Shown here: one piece after another, positions 46,706 through 54,097 of the stretch
Numbering within the stretch: the stretch's first letter is position 1
Layout: each line of letters begins with the position of its first letter
Source of the DNA: a virus
Lineage: Duplodnaviria > Caudoviricetes
Direction: 5' to 3' (one strand)
Length of the DNA: 54,097 nucleotides
IMG/VR virus record: IMGVR_UViG_3300021197_000450
Location: 1-54,097 of that record
The notes under the pieces: model-generated
Told to the model about the DNA's origin: nothing
Database searches by the model: none
What the model saw: the letters and a program-made list of their open reading frames with translations, nothing else
Program-made: the position numbers and the translations under genes

Positions 46706-47422
46706 ATGGCTTTACCTAAACTTAATGAGTCGATTAAATACACAACTAAAATTCCTTCTACTGGTGAAACAATCAAATACAGACCTTATCTTGTAAAAGA
46801 GGAAAAGGTGTTAATGATTGCTCTTGAGCAGGGTGATGAGCAGGGTTCTCTAGAAGCAATTGCAGATACTCTTGAAGCTTGTATTGAAGAGCCTATCACT
46901 ATTCGCAATCTACCTATCTTTGACATTGAATATTTGTTTACACAGATTAGATCAAAGTCTGTAGGTGAGACTACCAGAATTCAGACGAATTGTAAAGAGT
47001 GTAATACACCAAATGAGATTGCTGTAGATATTTCAAAGATTAATATTAAAGTACCAAAGTCGGCTAATTCAAAGTTAATTAAGCTGTCGAATGAATATAC
47101 TTTAGAAATGAAATATCCTACTTTAAAAGATATTGCACCAAAATTCAATAAATACAAAGAAGGTAATCAAACTGATCAGGCATTTGATATGATTGCTGCA
47201 TGTATTGATGCAGTACAAACAAAAGATGAGCGTATCTCTTTATCTGATGAAAGTCCAGAAGAGGTTACTGCATTTATTGAATCTTTCTCTACTGATCAGT
47301 TTATGAAAGTAAAAGATTTTATTGAGAAGATGCCACGTCTCAAGCATGACGTTGAGTTTCAATGTGGCAGTTGTGATCATGATAATAAATTAACTTTAGA
47401 AGGTACGGCTGATTTTTTTTAG
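46706..47422 (+). CDS. gp26: Baseplate hub assembly protein gp26
   Basis: MALPKL, YRPYLVKEEKVL, FDIEYLF.QIRSKSVGE, two CxxC motifs, ends EGTADFF. Confidence 0.9.
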   Translation: MALPKLNESIKYTTKIPSTGETIKYRPYLVKEEKVLMIALEQGDEQGSLEAIADTLEACIEEPITIRNLPIFDIEYLFTQIRSKSVGETTRIQTNCKECNTPNEIAVDISKINIKVPKSANSKLIKLSNEYTLEMKYPTLKDIAPKFNKYKEGNQTDQAFDMIAACIDAVQTKDERISLSDESPEEVTAFIESFSTDQFMKVKDFIEKMPRLKHDVEFQCGSCDHDNKLTLEGTADFF

Positions 47423-47604
47423 TATGTCTCTCTCATGATAACTTACAAAACCATTATCAAGTCAATTTTCAACTGATGCAACATCATCATTACTCACTAA
47501 CTGAAATTGACTTGATGATGCCTTGGGAGAGAGAAATTTATCTTGCTATGCTATTACAACACCTTGAAGAAGAAGCCGAAAGACAAAAACAGAGAGTAGG
47601 TTAA
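47413..47604 (+). CDS. gp51: gp51-like ORF in the -1 frame, with no 5' start codon
   Basis: Translated by hand: FFLVCLSHDNLQNHYQVNFQLMQHHHYSLTEIDLMMPWEREIYLAMLLQHLEEE..., matching the short marine gp51 pattern. The frame opens at 47413 after a TGA; first ATG is at 47476. Confidence 0.78.
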   Translation, partial: FFLVCLSHDNLQNHYQVNFQLMQHHHYSLTEIDLMMPWEREIYLAMLLQHLEEEAERQKQRVG

Positions 47605-49317
47605 ATGGCAGCAGCTACACTTAATGACGTAACAAATTCATTATTAATGTTAAATACTGAGCAGGGTAATACGACAGAGGCTGTAAAGTCTCTGGTTAAG
47701 CGTATGCAGGCTATGCTTGACTTTGATAAGCGCAAAGCATTAGATGATGCTGAAGCTGCAAGAGAGGCTAAAAATCAAGCTAGAACACAATCCCAAAGAA
47801 CTTCTGCTCCATCTGTCAGCAGTCCATTTGGTATGGGTGATGCTCTAGTCGCAGGTGCTTTACTAACATTCGCCGCTCTAAATGATCAGATTAGAGGTGT
47901 TATTGATGGCGTACAGGACAATCTTCTAAGTTTTGTTAATGACGTACAGAAGATTATGTTCACTCTGAATCAAGGACTCATTAGACTTCAGAACTTCATT
48001 GATATTAACATCATTTCTAGAATTAGAATGTTAATTCTTGATTTTAGAACAAATCCAAAGCTCACTAATATTTCAACTGTCATAGAAGAATCTTTAGATG
48101 TTCTAAAAGGTATTATTGATAGAACCACTAAAACTATTACTAATACATTTAAAGTTATAGGTAATGCTTTTAGATTTGTTGGCAACGTACTTAGAGTGCC
48201 ACTTGCATTCATAACTAACGGTGTCAGTGAAGCTATTTTTGCAGTAGGAAAATTAAATCCTGTATTCAAATTCTTTAAAGGTATTGGTAGAATATTCAGC
48301 AGACTTTTCTTACCATTGACTATCTTCATTACTGCATGGGACACAATCAAAGGTGCAGTAGATGGTTTTAAAGAGGGTGGTATTATTGGTGGTATTGAAG
48401 GCGCTGTAACAGGCTTCTTTAACTCTTTAATTTTTGCGCCTCTCGATCTTCTGAAAGAAGCTGCGGCATGGGTATTAGAGCAGGTCGGTTTAACAGACAT
48501 AGCTAAAGCTCTTAAACAATTCTCTTTCCAAGAAACATTCGAAGATTTAGTCGGTGCTGTTTTCGGTACACTCACAGGTGCGGTAAATTGGATTAAAACA
48601 GTATTTACAGACCCAAAAGAAGCATTGAAACAGCTTTGGCAAGGTTTAGTAGGTGAAGGTGGTCTGATTGATATTATTTACGCACCATTAAACGCAGCAG
48701 TAAACTTCATTAGACGTATTTTTAATCTTGGTGATCCTGATCAACCATTTAGAATGGGCGCATTTATCGAAGGACTCATCACACAGACTGTTGATATCTT
48801 CGCACAAATCTTCAATAAATTTATGAATATGCTTCGATCTATTCCTGTTGTTAAAGACTTCTTTAAAACAGAAGAAGAAAAGGCTTTTGAAGAAAGAAAG
48901 GTTCGCCTTCAAGAAGAAATTCAAGAACAAGAACGTTTTTTGCGTATGCTTGAAAATGATGCAAAATCTGTTCAGACATTTATCAGAAGCGCAGGTGATC
49001 CTGAAGTATTGGGCATCAGAGGACTGGGAAAGACGCCTGAGCAAAAAGAAGCACTAAGAGCAGCAGCGAGACAGAGACTTCAAGCCCGTGAAGATGCATT
49101 AGTAACTCTTGGTTCTGACAGAAGACTTATTGAAATGGCAAGAACACAAACTGCACAGAGATTAGGATTAGCAGAGCAAAATTTATCTGCAATGCAGTCT
49201 ACAACCAGTAATACAGTTGTCGATAACTCTACTGTAGCACCAAACACTACAACGGTAAACAATCAAATGGCTGTACCTACACCAGCGGTAGAAACCGAAA
49301 GGTTTTCATTAGATTAA
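47605..49317 (+). CDS. Tape-measure-like protein (gp29 position)
   Basis: 570 aa, long amphipathic helical repeats with periodic W/F; follows gp26/gp51. Confidence 0.65.
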   Translation: MAAATLNDVTNSLLMLNTEQGNTTEAVKSLVKRMQAMLDFDKRKALDDAEAAREAKNQARTQSQRTSAPSVSSPFGMGDALVAGALLTFAALNDQIRGVIDGVQDNLLSFVNDVQKIMFTLNQGLIRLQNFIDINIISRIRMLILDFRTNPKLTNISTVIEESLDVLKGIIDRTTKTITNTFKVIGNAFRFVGNVLRVPLAFITNGVSEAIFAVGKLNPVFKFFKGIGRIFSRLFLPLTIFITAWDTIKGAVDGFKEGGIIGGIEGAVTGFFNSLIFAPLDLLKEAAAWVLEQVGLTDIAKALKQFSFQETFEDLVGAVFGTLTGAVNWIKTVFTDPKEALKQLWQGLVGEGGLIDIIYAPLNAAVNFIRRIFNLGDPDQPFRMGAFIEGLITQTVDIFAQIFNKFMNMLRSIPVVKDFFKTEEEKAFEERKVRLQEEIQEQERFLRMLENDAKSVQTFIRSAGDPEVLGIRGLGKTPEQKEALRAAARQRLQAREDALVTLGSDRRLIEMARTQTAQRLGLAEQNLSAMQSTTSNTVVDNSTVAPNTTTVNNQMAVPTPAVETERFSLD

Positions 49318-49387
49318 TAAAAAAAATGGCTCTCAGATAAAACAAAAATAAACACAAAATTTCAAAGGAAACTGAGAGCCATTTTAT
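49315..49387. terminator. Long-loop inverted repeat between convergent genes; terminator for gp32, possibly bidirectional
   Basis: AAAATGGCTCTCAG ... CTGAGAGCCATTTT (14-bp arms, about 35-nt loop), with a long U-tract on the minus strand. Confidence 0.7.
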
Positions 49388-49390
49388 CAT

Positions 49391-50293
49391 CTAGTCGTCT
49401 TCAGTTAGACGGCTGAAAATCTCATCAACATTAAGATCATCATCGTCATCAGAAGATGCACTAGACATTGGAGAAGGTGCTACAGTCTTAATAGGAGCCG
49501 CCTCAGCAGTCACTGAGAGGTCTTCTTGCTGTTGAGCAGTGAAAGTTTCACTTACGCCCAGAACAGCGTCTAGACGTGTCTTAAGCTCATCATAAGACTT
49601 ATAGTTAGCAGCATCAGTAAACTCAGACAATGGGTAAACTTTCTGATATGTCATTTCGAGCATATCATCATCACCCAATGCAGTAGGAGAAGCAAACTCA
49701 GAACGGTCATAGTTCCGATAGCCTTCTACTTGACGAATCTTGAGTTTAAAGTCTGCGCCTTCCCAAAGGTCAAAAGGATTTACAGGGTCTTCATCTTGAA
49801 ACTGTGGCTGCATAGAATCCATCAGCTTGTCAAAGATTTTCTTGCCATATTCATACAAGAATACTTTACCTTCGTTCTGAGGATTTTCTGGATCAGAGAC
49901 AACATAGATGTTAGAAACATAATGAAGACGACGTTTCTGTTTTCGAGCAGTCTCTTTATCTGCATCTACACCAGAGTTCCAAAGACGTGAGTTTACCTCA
50001 CCAACAGGGTCTTTTTGACCAATAGATGTTAGTGACTTTTCGATGTACCACATTCCAGTAGTATCACCCTTAAAGCCGTGGTCCCAGTAACGCACCCATG
50101 GCAACTCTTCACCTTCAGGAGCTGGCAAAAAGCGAATGACTGCATAGCCATTGCCTGCTTTATCTACTGATGGCTTCCATTTACGTTCATCTGGACCGTT
50201 ATTGTTTGCGGAAGACTCATTAAGCTTTGCAGATGCTGCAACCAGCTTATCAATAGATGAACCACGGGATTGTTTGAGATTCGAAAGTGACAT
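49391..50293 (-). CDS. gp32: Single-stranded DNA binding protein gp32
   Basis: DKAGNGYAVIRFLP, WYIEKSLTSIG, GKKIFDK, NPFDLWEGADFKLK, NYDRSEF, acidic tail. Confidence 0.96.
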   Translation of the reverse strand: MSLSNLKQSRGSSIDKLVAASAKLNESSANNNGPDERKWKPSVDKAGNGYAVIRFLPAPEGEELPWVRYWDHGFKGDTTGMWYIEKSLTSIGQKDPVGEVNSRLWNSGVDADKETARKQKRRLHYVSNIYVVSDPENPQNEGKVFLYEYGKKIFDKLMDSMQPQFQDEDPVNPFDLWEGADFKLKIRQVEGYRNYDRSEFASPTALGDDDMLEMTYQKVYPLSEFTDAANYKSYDELKTRLDAVLGVSETFTAQQQEDLSVTAEAAPIKTVAPSPMSSASSDDDDDLNVDEIFSRLTEDD

Positions 50294-50332
50294 ATTTGTA
50301 TTTTCCTTATATTACAGAGTATTAATTTTTGT

Positions 50333-50361
50333 ATTGTATTACAGTGTGTATAGTATGTCAA
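50333..50361 (-). promoter_or_regulatory. Sigma70-type promoter for gp32
   Basis: TTGACA (50361-50356), 17-nt spacer, TACAAT (50338-50333). Confidence 0.78.
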
Positions 50362-50490
50362 TCATTTTTTTCAAAGGTGATTGAGCCTTCTTTTACCTCC
50401 ATAGGCTTTGGAGATTCTTTTTTATTGAACAGAGTCTTTAAATCTGGATAGACGGTAATAAAGCCATCCTGTTCAACATGTTCATATTCG

Positions 50491-50811
50491 TCAAAGAGTT
50501 CCAGTTGCTTCTCGCTCTGGACAGAAGCATTCTCCGATTGCGGGGAGTTCTGGTTGCTCATCTGATACCTCCTCTGGTGTTTCTTCTCCAGTGCTGTCAT
50601 CAGCGGCTGTAAGTTCTCCGACATCTGTAGCATCTGATGGTAGTGGTTCTTCAAAGATTTCTGGTGCACTTACTGTTTCCTCTTCTTGTGAAAATCTGCC
50701 AAGCAAATCATCTTTGTAAACAAACGAACAGGCACCAATACCAAGAAATACAACCACAAATGGAATGTATAATCCAATTAATTTTAACATAAAGTTCCTC
50801 AGTGTTTTCAT
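50491..50811 (-). CDS. Single-pass membrane protein with an acidic C-terminus
   Basis: Hydrophobic LIGLYIPFVVVFLGIGACSFVY segment, then E/D/P-rich; start overlaps the gp33 stop. Confidence 0.6.
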   Translation of the reverse strand: MKTLRNFMLKLIGLYIPFVVVFLGIGACSFVYKDDLLGRFSQEEETVSAPEIFEEPLPSDATDVGELTAADDSTGEETPEEVSDEQPELPAIGECFCPEREATGTL

Positions 50812-51035
50812 AATGGCAATTTATTTACCTTTTCTAGATAGTTAAGCTCTCTGGCTTCATATTCGATCTTATCTTTGATGCTCATATTTAGTAGAGAGTT
50901 AGTTTCATCAGGTTCGATTGAATTGCTCTTGCACACTTCTAAAACGGCATCCATATATGAATGATTCTTTTCGTGTACATACTGCTCAACTAAAACACAA
51001 AACTTTTCTTTTGTCAAGATTTTATCACTAATCAT
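50808..51035 (-). CDS. gp33: Late transcription coactivator gp33
   Basis: TKEKF...VE......SYMDAVL..C....IEP...IKDKIEYEARELNYL; likely start MISDK. Confidence 0.85.
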   Translation of the reverse strand: MISDKILTKEKFCVLVEQYVHEKNHSYMDAVLEVCKSNSIEPDETNSLLNMSIKDKIEYEARELNYLEKVNKLPL

Positions 51036-51036
51036 T

Positions 51037-51885
51037 TCACATCTCATTCATTCTAATTAAATTCATATAGTCTTCTCTGGCATCACCTGTAACTGGCGAT
51101 CTACGATTACAAGTCTGACATGCAGGAAGACCTTTTCTTGAATTCTCACAGAAATGTTTTTTTCTGTAACCATTTAAATTCTCATTATAATTAATAAACT
51201 CTTCAATGTTTTCTTCAAAGATGTTACCTAGTATAAGAGGATTCCAGTCATCACAGCATAGATTATAATTACCATTCCAGTCAATATACATATTATACAC
51301 TAATTTAGCACATGCATTATCCTCAAATTCATCAAAAGTATTTTCGCCTAGAAATCCAGCACGATTTGTCATTCCCTCTTTGCTACCTGTAAGTCCCCTG
51401 CGAACACTCTTGCCTTTTGTAAATTGATCAAAATTTAATCCATAGTCAGGTTTTCTGATCAATCGAATATTAGAATATTCATTATACTTTTCAATAATGC
51501 GATTGGCTTCAGATTCATCAGGTGTGTATATATCATATGAAAAACGAACCCTAGCATCGTTAAAAAACTTTTTTAAGTCATCTATTTTCTTACCATTTGT
51601 CGTGACTTGCACTCGATAGTTGGGTTCATTTTCTAAAAAAATATCTAAAATTTCATCAAAGTTTTTTGTGAGCGTAGGTTCACCTCGCCCAGCAAAAATA
51701 ACTTTGCCTTTAAAATGTAAATTGTCTAGTTGGTTCTTAATTTCTCTGGCAGTGTCAAGTGACATATGTAGATTCTGATTAGGATAACCATGTGCCCTTG
51801 GGCAGAAACTGCACTGTAGATTGCACAATTCTGTTGGATTAATCTCTATGTACTTGACAAAGTTAAAGTAGTTCATTAATACCAA
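51037..51885 (-). CDS. Radical SAM protein with a SPASM/Twitch domain
   Basis: CNLQCSFC (CxxxCxxC), GRGEP, TTNG, CAKL...IDWNG.YNLCCDDW...LGNI...CQTC. Confidence 0.88.
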   Translation of the reverse strand: MVLMNYFNFVKYIEINPTELCNLQCSFCPRAHGYPNQNLHMSLDTAREIKNQLDNLHFKGKVIFAGRGEPTLTKNFDEILDIFLENEPNYRVQVTTNGKKIDDLKKFFNDARVRFSYDIYTPDESEANRIIEKYNEYSNIRLIRKPDYGLNFDQFTKGKSVRRGLTGSKEGMTNRAGFLGENTFDEFEDNACAKLVYNMYIDWNGNYNLCCDDWNPLILGNIFEENIEEFINYNENLNGYRKKHFCENSRKGLPACQTCNRRSPVTGDAREDYMNLIRMNEM

Positions 51886-52076
51886 TCACTTGCTAATTTT
51901 CGATCATCAAGGTACTCGGAGTACCCGTCAAGATTACTTTTAATTTCATTCATATCATAATAGTTAATATACTCTTCATCATATGTAGCCTGTGATTCCA
52001 TTCGACAAAGTGCTTTAAACTGCTTTTTTTGCTTTGTGTTGTTCAGGCGTGCCTTCAAAGACATATTTTTTTCCAT
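51876..52076 (-). CDS. Small hypothetical protein
   Basis: 66-aa ORF overlapping both neighbours within the operon. Confidence 0.5.
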   Translation of the reverse strand: MEKNMSLKARLNNTKQKKQFKALCRMESQATYDEEYINYYDMNEIKSNLDGYSEYLDDRKLASDWY

Positions 52077-52693
52077 TCAAATGTTATAATATCGTGCTTA
52101 TGCCAATCTAATGGATTATCCGAGATTGTCAATGATTTTTCAAACTGTTTATACTCAATTATTTGATCAGGTATGTGTGTATAGTTTTTCTGCACTACAG
52201 CTTTGCCTGCTCGTAGTTCCATACCCGAGAAGACTTTCATTAGTTTATTCTCTAAATGAAAGTCTCCCCATCTTATACCATTAAATCTTTCATCATATCC
52301 ACCAACCATAAGAAAGTATTTTACAGGAATAGTGTATTGATTTTCAGCAATCTTTACATATTCATTTTCTTCATAGTCGATAGTTTCTTGGATACGTTCT
52401 AATGCAAAGGGCAAAAAGACGTGATCCAAATCTAAAAAAGTTGCCCATTCTGTTTTACACATTACAGCAGCTAAGTTTCTAGCTGCATGAGAGTTAAAGC
52501 CAACATCCTCTTTGAGTCGATACAGAGTTATATTCTCTGTATCAAACTCTTGTAACACATCTTTTGCTGGGTATTTTTGAGAAGCATCATCAACTACAAT
52601 TAAATTACTGAAGTAGTCTCTGTTGAAATTATTCTCAATAAAGATTTGTAAGTATCCTGGATTATCATAGTATGTTGTAATTAATGTGTTCAT
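52055..52693 (-). CDS. GT2-family glycosyltransferase
   Basis: LIVVDDAS, AARNLA, FLDLD (DxD), GGYDERF.G..WGD. Confidence 0.85.
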   Translation of the reverse strand: MNTLITTYYDNPGYLQIFIENNFNRDYFSNLIVVDDASQKYPAKDVLQEFDTENITLYRLKEDVGFNSHAARNLAAVMCKTEWATFLDLDHVFLPFALERIQETIDYEENEYVKIAENQYTIPVKYFLMVGGYDERFNGIRWGDFHLENKLMKVFSGMELRAGKAVVQKNYTHIPDQIIEYKQFEKSLTISDNPLDWHKHDIITFEWKKICL

Positions 52694-53895
52694 TCATTTC
52701 CAAAAACAGTGTTGACTTGATTATTAACTAGAACAAATTTAGCATTTCTTTGAATTTTAGTTAACTTTATTACATTGACATATGTACATGCCGATCTAAT
52801 ACCACCTAACAAATCATCAATAGTATTTTGAAGAGGGCCTTTATATTTTACTAAAACTTCTTTTCCTTCTGCCGCACGATAGTTTTTTAAACCACCGCTG
52901 TGCTTTTCATTTGCAGTTAAGGAAGACATGCCATAAAATTTTACAAACTTATTTTCATCAATAATAGGCACCCAGCCATTTCCTTCAGGATGCTGCATGA
53001 CTTCACTACTCTGCTCATATTTTGTGATAATCTCGCCTCCGCCCTCATCATGTCCAGCAAGCATACCTCCAAGCATAACAAAATCTGCACCAGCAACGAA
53101 AGCTTTTGCTACATCACCAGGATTAGTGCAGCCTCCATCAGCACATACATACATTCTTCGTTTGTTTGTCAATACTCGTTTGTTAATTTTTTCAGCTTCT
53201 TCGGCAACTTCTAAGATTGTAGACAGTTGAGGATAGCCAATTCCTGATTTTATTCTTGTTGTGCAAACACTACCAGGTCCAATTCCAACTTTGATACAGT
53301 TTGCACCTGCATAGAAAAGATCAGCGGCGATTCCTGAAGTTACAACATTTCCAACCATAATAAATGTTGAATCACCACACAAATCTCTGACTTGGCGCAC
53401 AAAATCAGTAACTCTTTTTAAATAACCATTTGGAGTATCAATACAAATTTTGTTAAATTTTTCTTTATGTTGTCGCACTCTTTCTAAGTCATCCGCAGAA
53501 ATGCCAACAGTCAAGAAATAGTTAGAAGCGTCTTCAATCTTATCCAATTTTTCATCAGAATATGATTTGTTAATTGCTGTCAACATATTATTCTTAGCCA
53601 TACGCTCGGCAACTTCAAGAGTGCCGACGCCATCCATGTTTGCTGCAATGATAGGTACACAAGTAAAAGAGTTTTCCGTGATGTCCTTACCGTAGGGTTT
53701 ACCTGTATTTTCGTCCACAAACTTCTCAAATGCGGTCGCTGTTGTAAAAGGAACTTCAAGTTTAACATTTTGTCTGGACAAAACGTCTGCTGCATTTCGC
53801 TTGTCTCTAAATTTCCCAGCCTCTTCTCCTTCAGACGGTACAATTAAAACATCAGAGAAGTCTAGCTTAATTTCATTAGAGAGAAATTTTTTCAT
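52690..53895 (-). CDS. guaC: GMP reductase (IMPDH/GMPR family)
   Basis: KLDFSDVLI, PIIAANMD, KVGIGPGSVCTTR, ADGGC..PGDVAKAF, FYGMSS, YRAAEGK; likely start MKKFL (ATG 53895). Confidence 0.9.
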   Translation of the reverse strand: MKKFLSNEIKLDFSDVLIVPSEGEEAGKFRDKRNAADVLSRQNVKLEVPFTTATAFEKFVDENTGKPYGKDITENSFTCVPIIAANMDGVGTLEVAERMAKNNMLTAINKSYSDEKLDKIEDASNYFLTVGISADDLERVRQHKEKFNKICIDTPNGYLKRVTDFVRQVRDLCGDSTFIMVGNVVTSGIAADLFYAGANCIKVGIGPGSVCTTRIKSGIGYPQLSTILEVAEEAEKINKRVLTNKRRMYVCADGGCTNPGDVAKAFVAGADFVMLGGMLAGHDEGGGEIITKYEQSSEVMQHPEGNGWVPIIDENKFVKFYGMSSLTANEKHSGGLKNYRAAEGKEVLVKYKGPLQNTIDDLLGGIRSACTYVNVIKLTKIQRNAKFVLVNNQVNTVFGNE

Positions 53896-54097
53896 TTTGA
53901 GGGTTCCTTTTTGTCGCATCAAATTCAAAAGTAATAGCATCATATTTAGACTCTTTGAAACAGCAATGTCTGTGATATAAATTATCCACAAAAATCAAAA
54001 GTTCATTTGGCTCAGGATAATATTCTATAATTTCTCCTGGTCGATTTTCTATTTGAATTAAATTTACTTTTGGGTCCGTTTTTAGATAATATATACC
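53876..54097 (-). CDS. C-terminal end of a probable 2OG-Fe(II) oxygenase-like protein (5' part outside the window)
   Basis: Translated by hand: GIYYLKTD...YYPEPNELLIFVDNLYHRH...AITFEF...ISL*. Confidence 0.5.
   Translation of the reverse strand, partial: GIYYLKTDPKVNLIQIENRPGEIIEYYPEPNELLIFVDNLYHRHCCFKESKYDAITFEFDATKRNPQNEKISL

Noticed and set aside
53896-53991. 32-aa N-terminal extension of GMP reductase in the ORF track
   Set aside because: Overlaps the upstream gene in another frame; family similarity begins at MKKFLSNEIKLDF.
1-54097. Alternative genetic code or stop-codon reassignment
   Set aside because: Core genes translate full-length in the standard code, and TAA, TAG and TGA are all used as real stops.

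Overview
A 54 kb piece of a T4-like (Tevenvirinae/Kyanoviridae-type architecture) myovirus genome, AT-rich and most similar in style to uncultured aquatic T4-like phages; the host cannot be determined from this window. It holds almost the whole virion morphogenesis module. On the minus strand: gp48-gp53-gp27-like hub, a split gp5 with two interposed muralytic genes, gp25, gp6, gp7-like, gp9-like, gp8, a 1673-aa DUF4815/VrlC-like protein, two repeat-rich fibre proteins, gp13-gp23, gp3, uvsY and uvsW (partial). On the plus strand: gp4, gp2, gp54, gp26/gp51 and a tape-measure-like gene. At the right end, on the minus strand: gp32, gp33 and accessory enzymes. T4 late promoters (TATAAATA) punctuate the module. 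Main unexplained signal: the dipeptide Asp-Ser (DS, mostly DSA/DSD/DSG) is strongly and directionally enriched in outward-facing virion proteins but nearly absent from internal or enzymatic proteins. In parallel, glycosyltransferases, a sulfotransferase, 2OG-Fe(II) oxygenases and an AsnB-like ATP enzyme sit inside or next to the late operons. Together these suggest a phage-encoded virion-surface modification (e.g. O-glycosylation) system. A second notable signal is a candidate programmed -1 frameshift joining gp26 to gp51 just upstream of the tape-measure-like gene. All annotations come from motif recognition and synteny by eye; no database searches were run. No tRNA, rRNA, CRISPR array or mobile element was seen.
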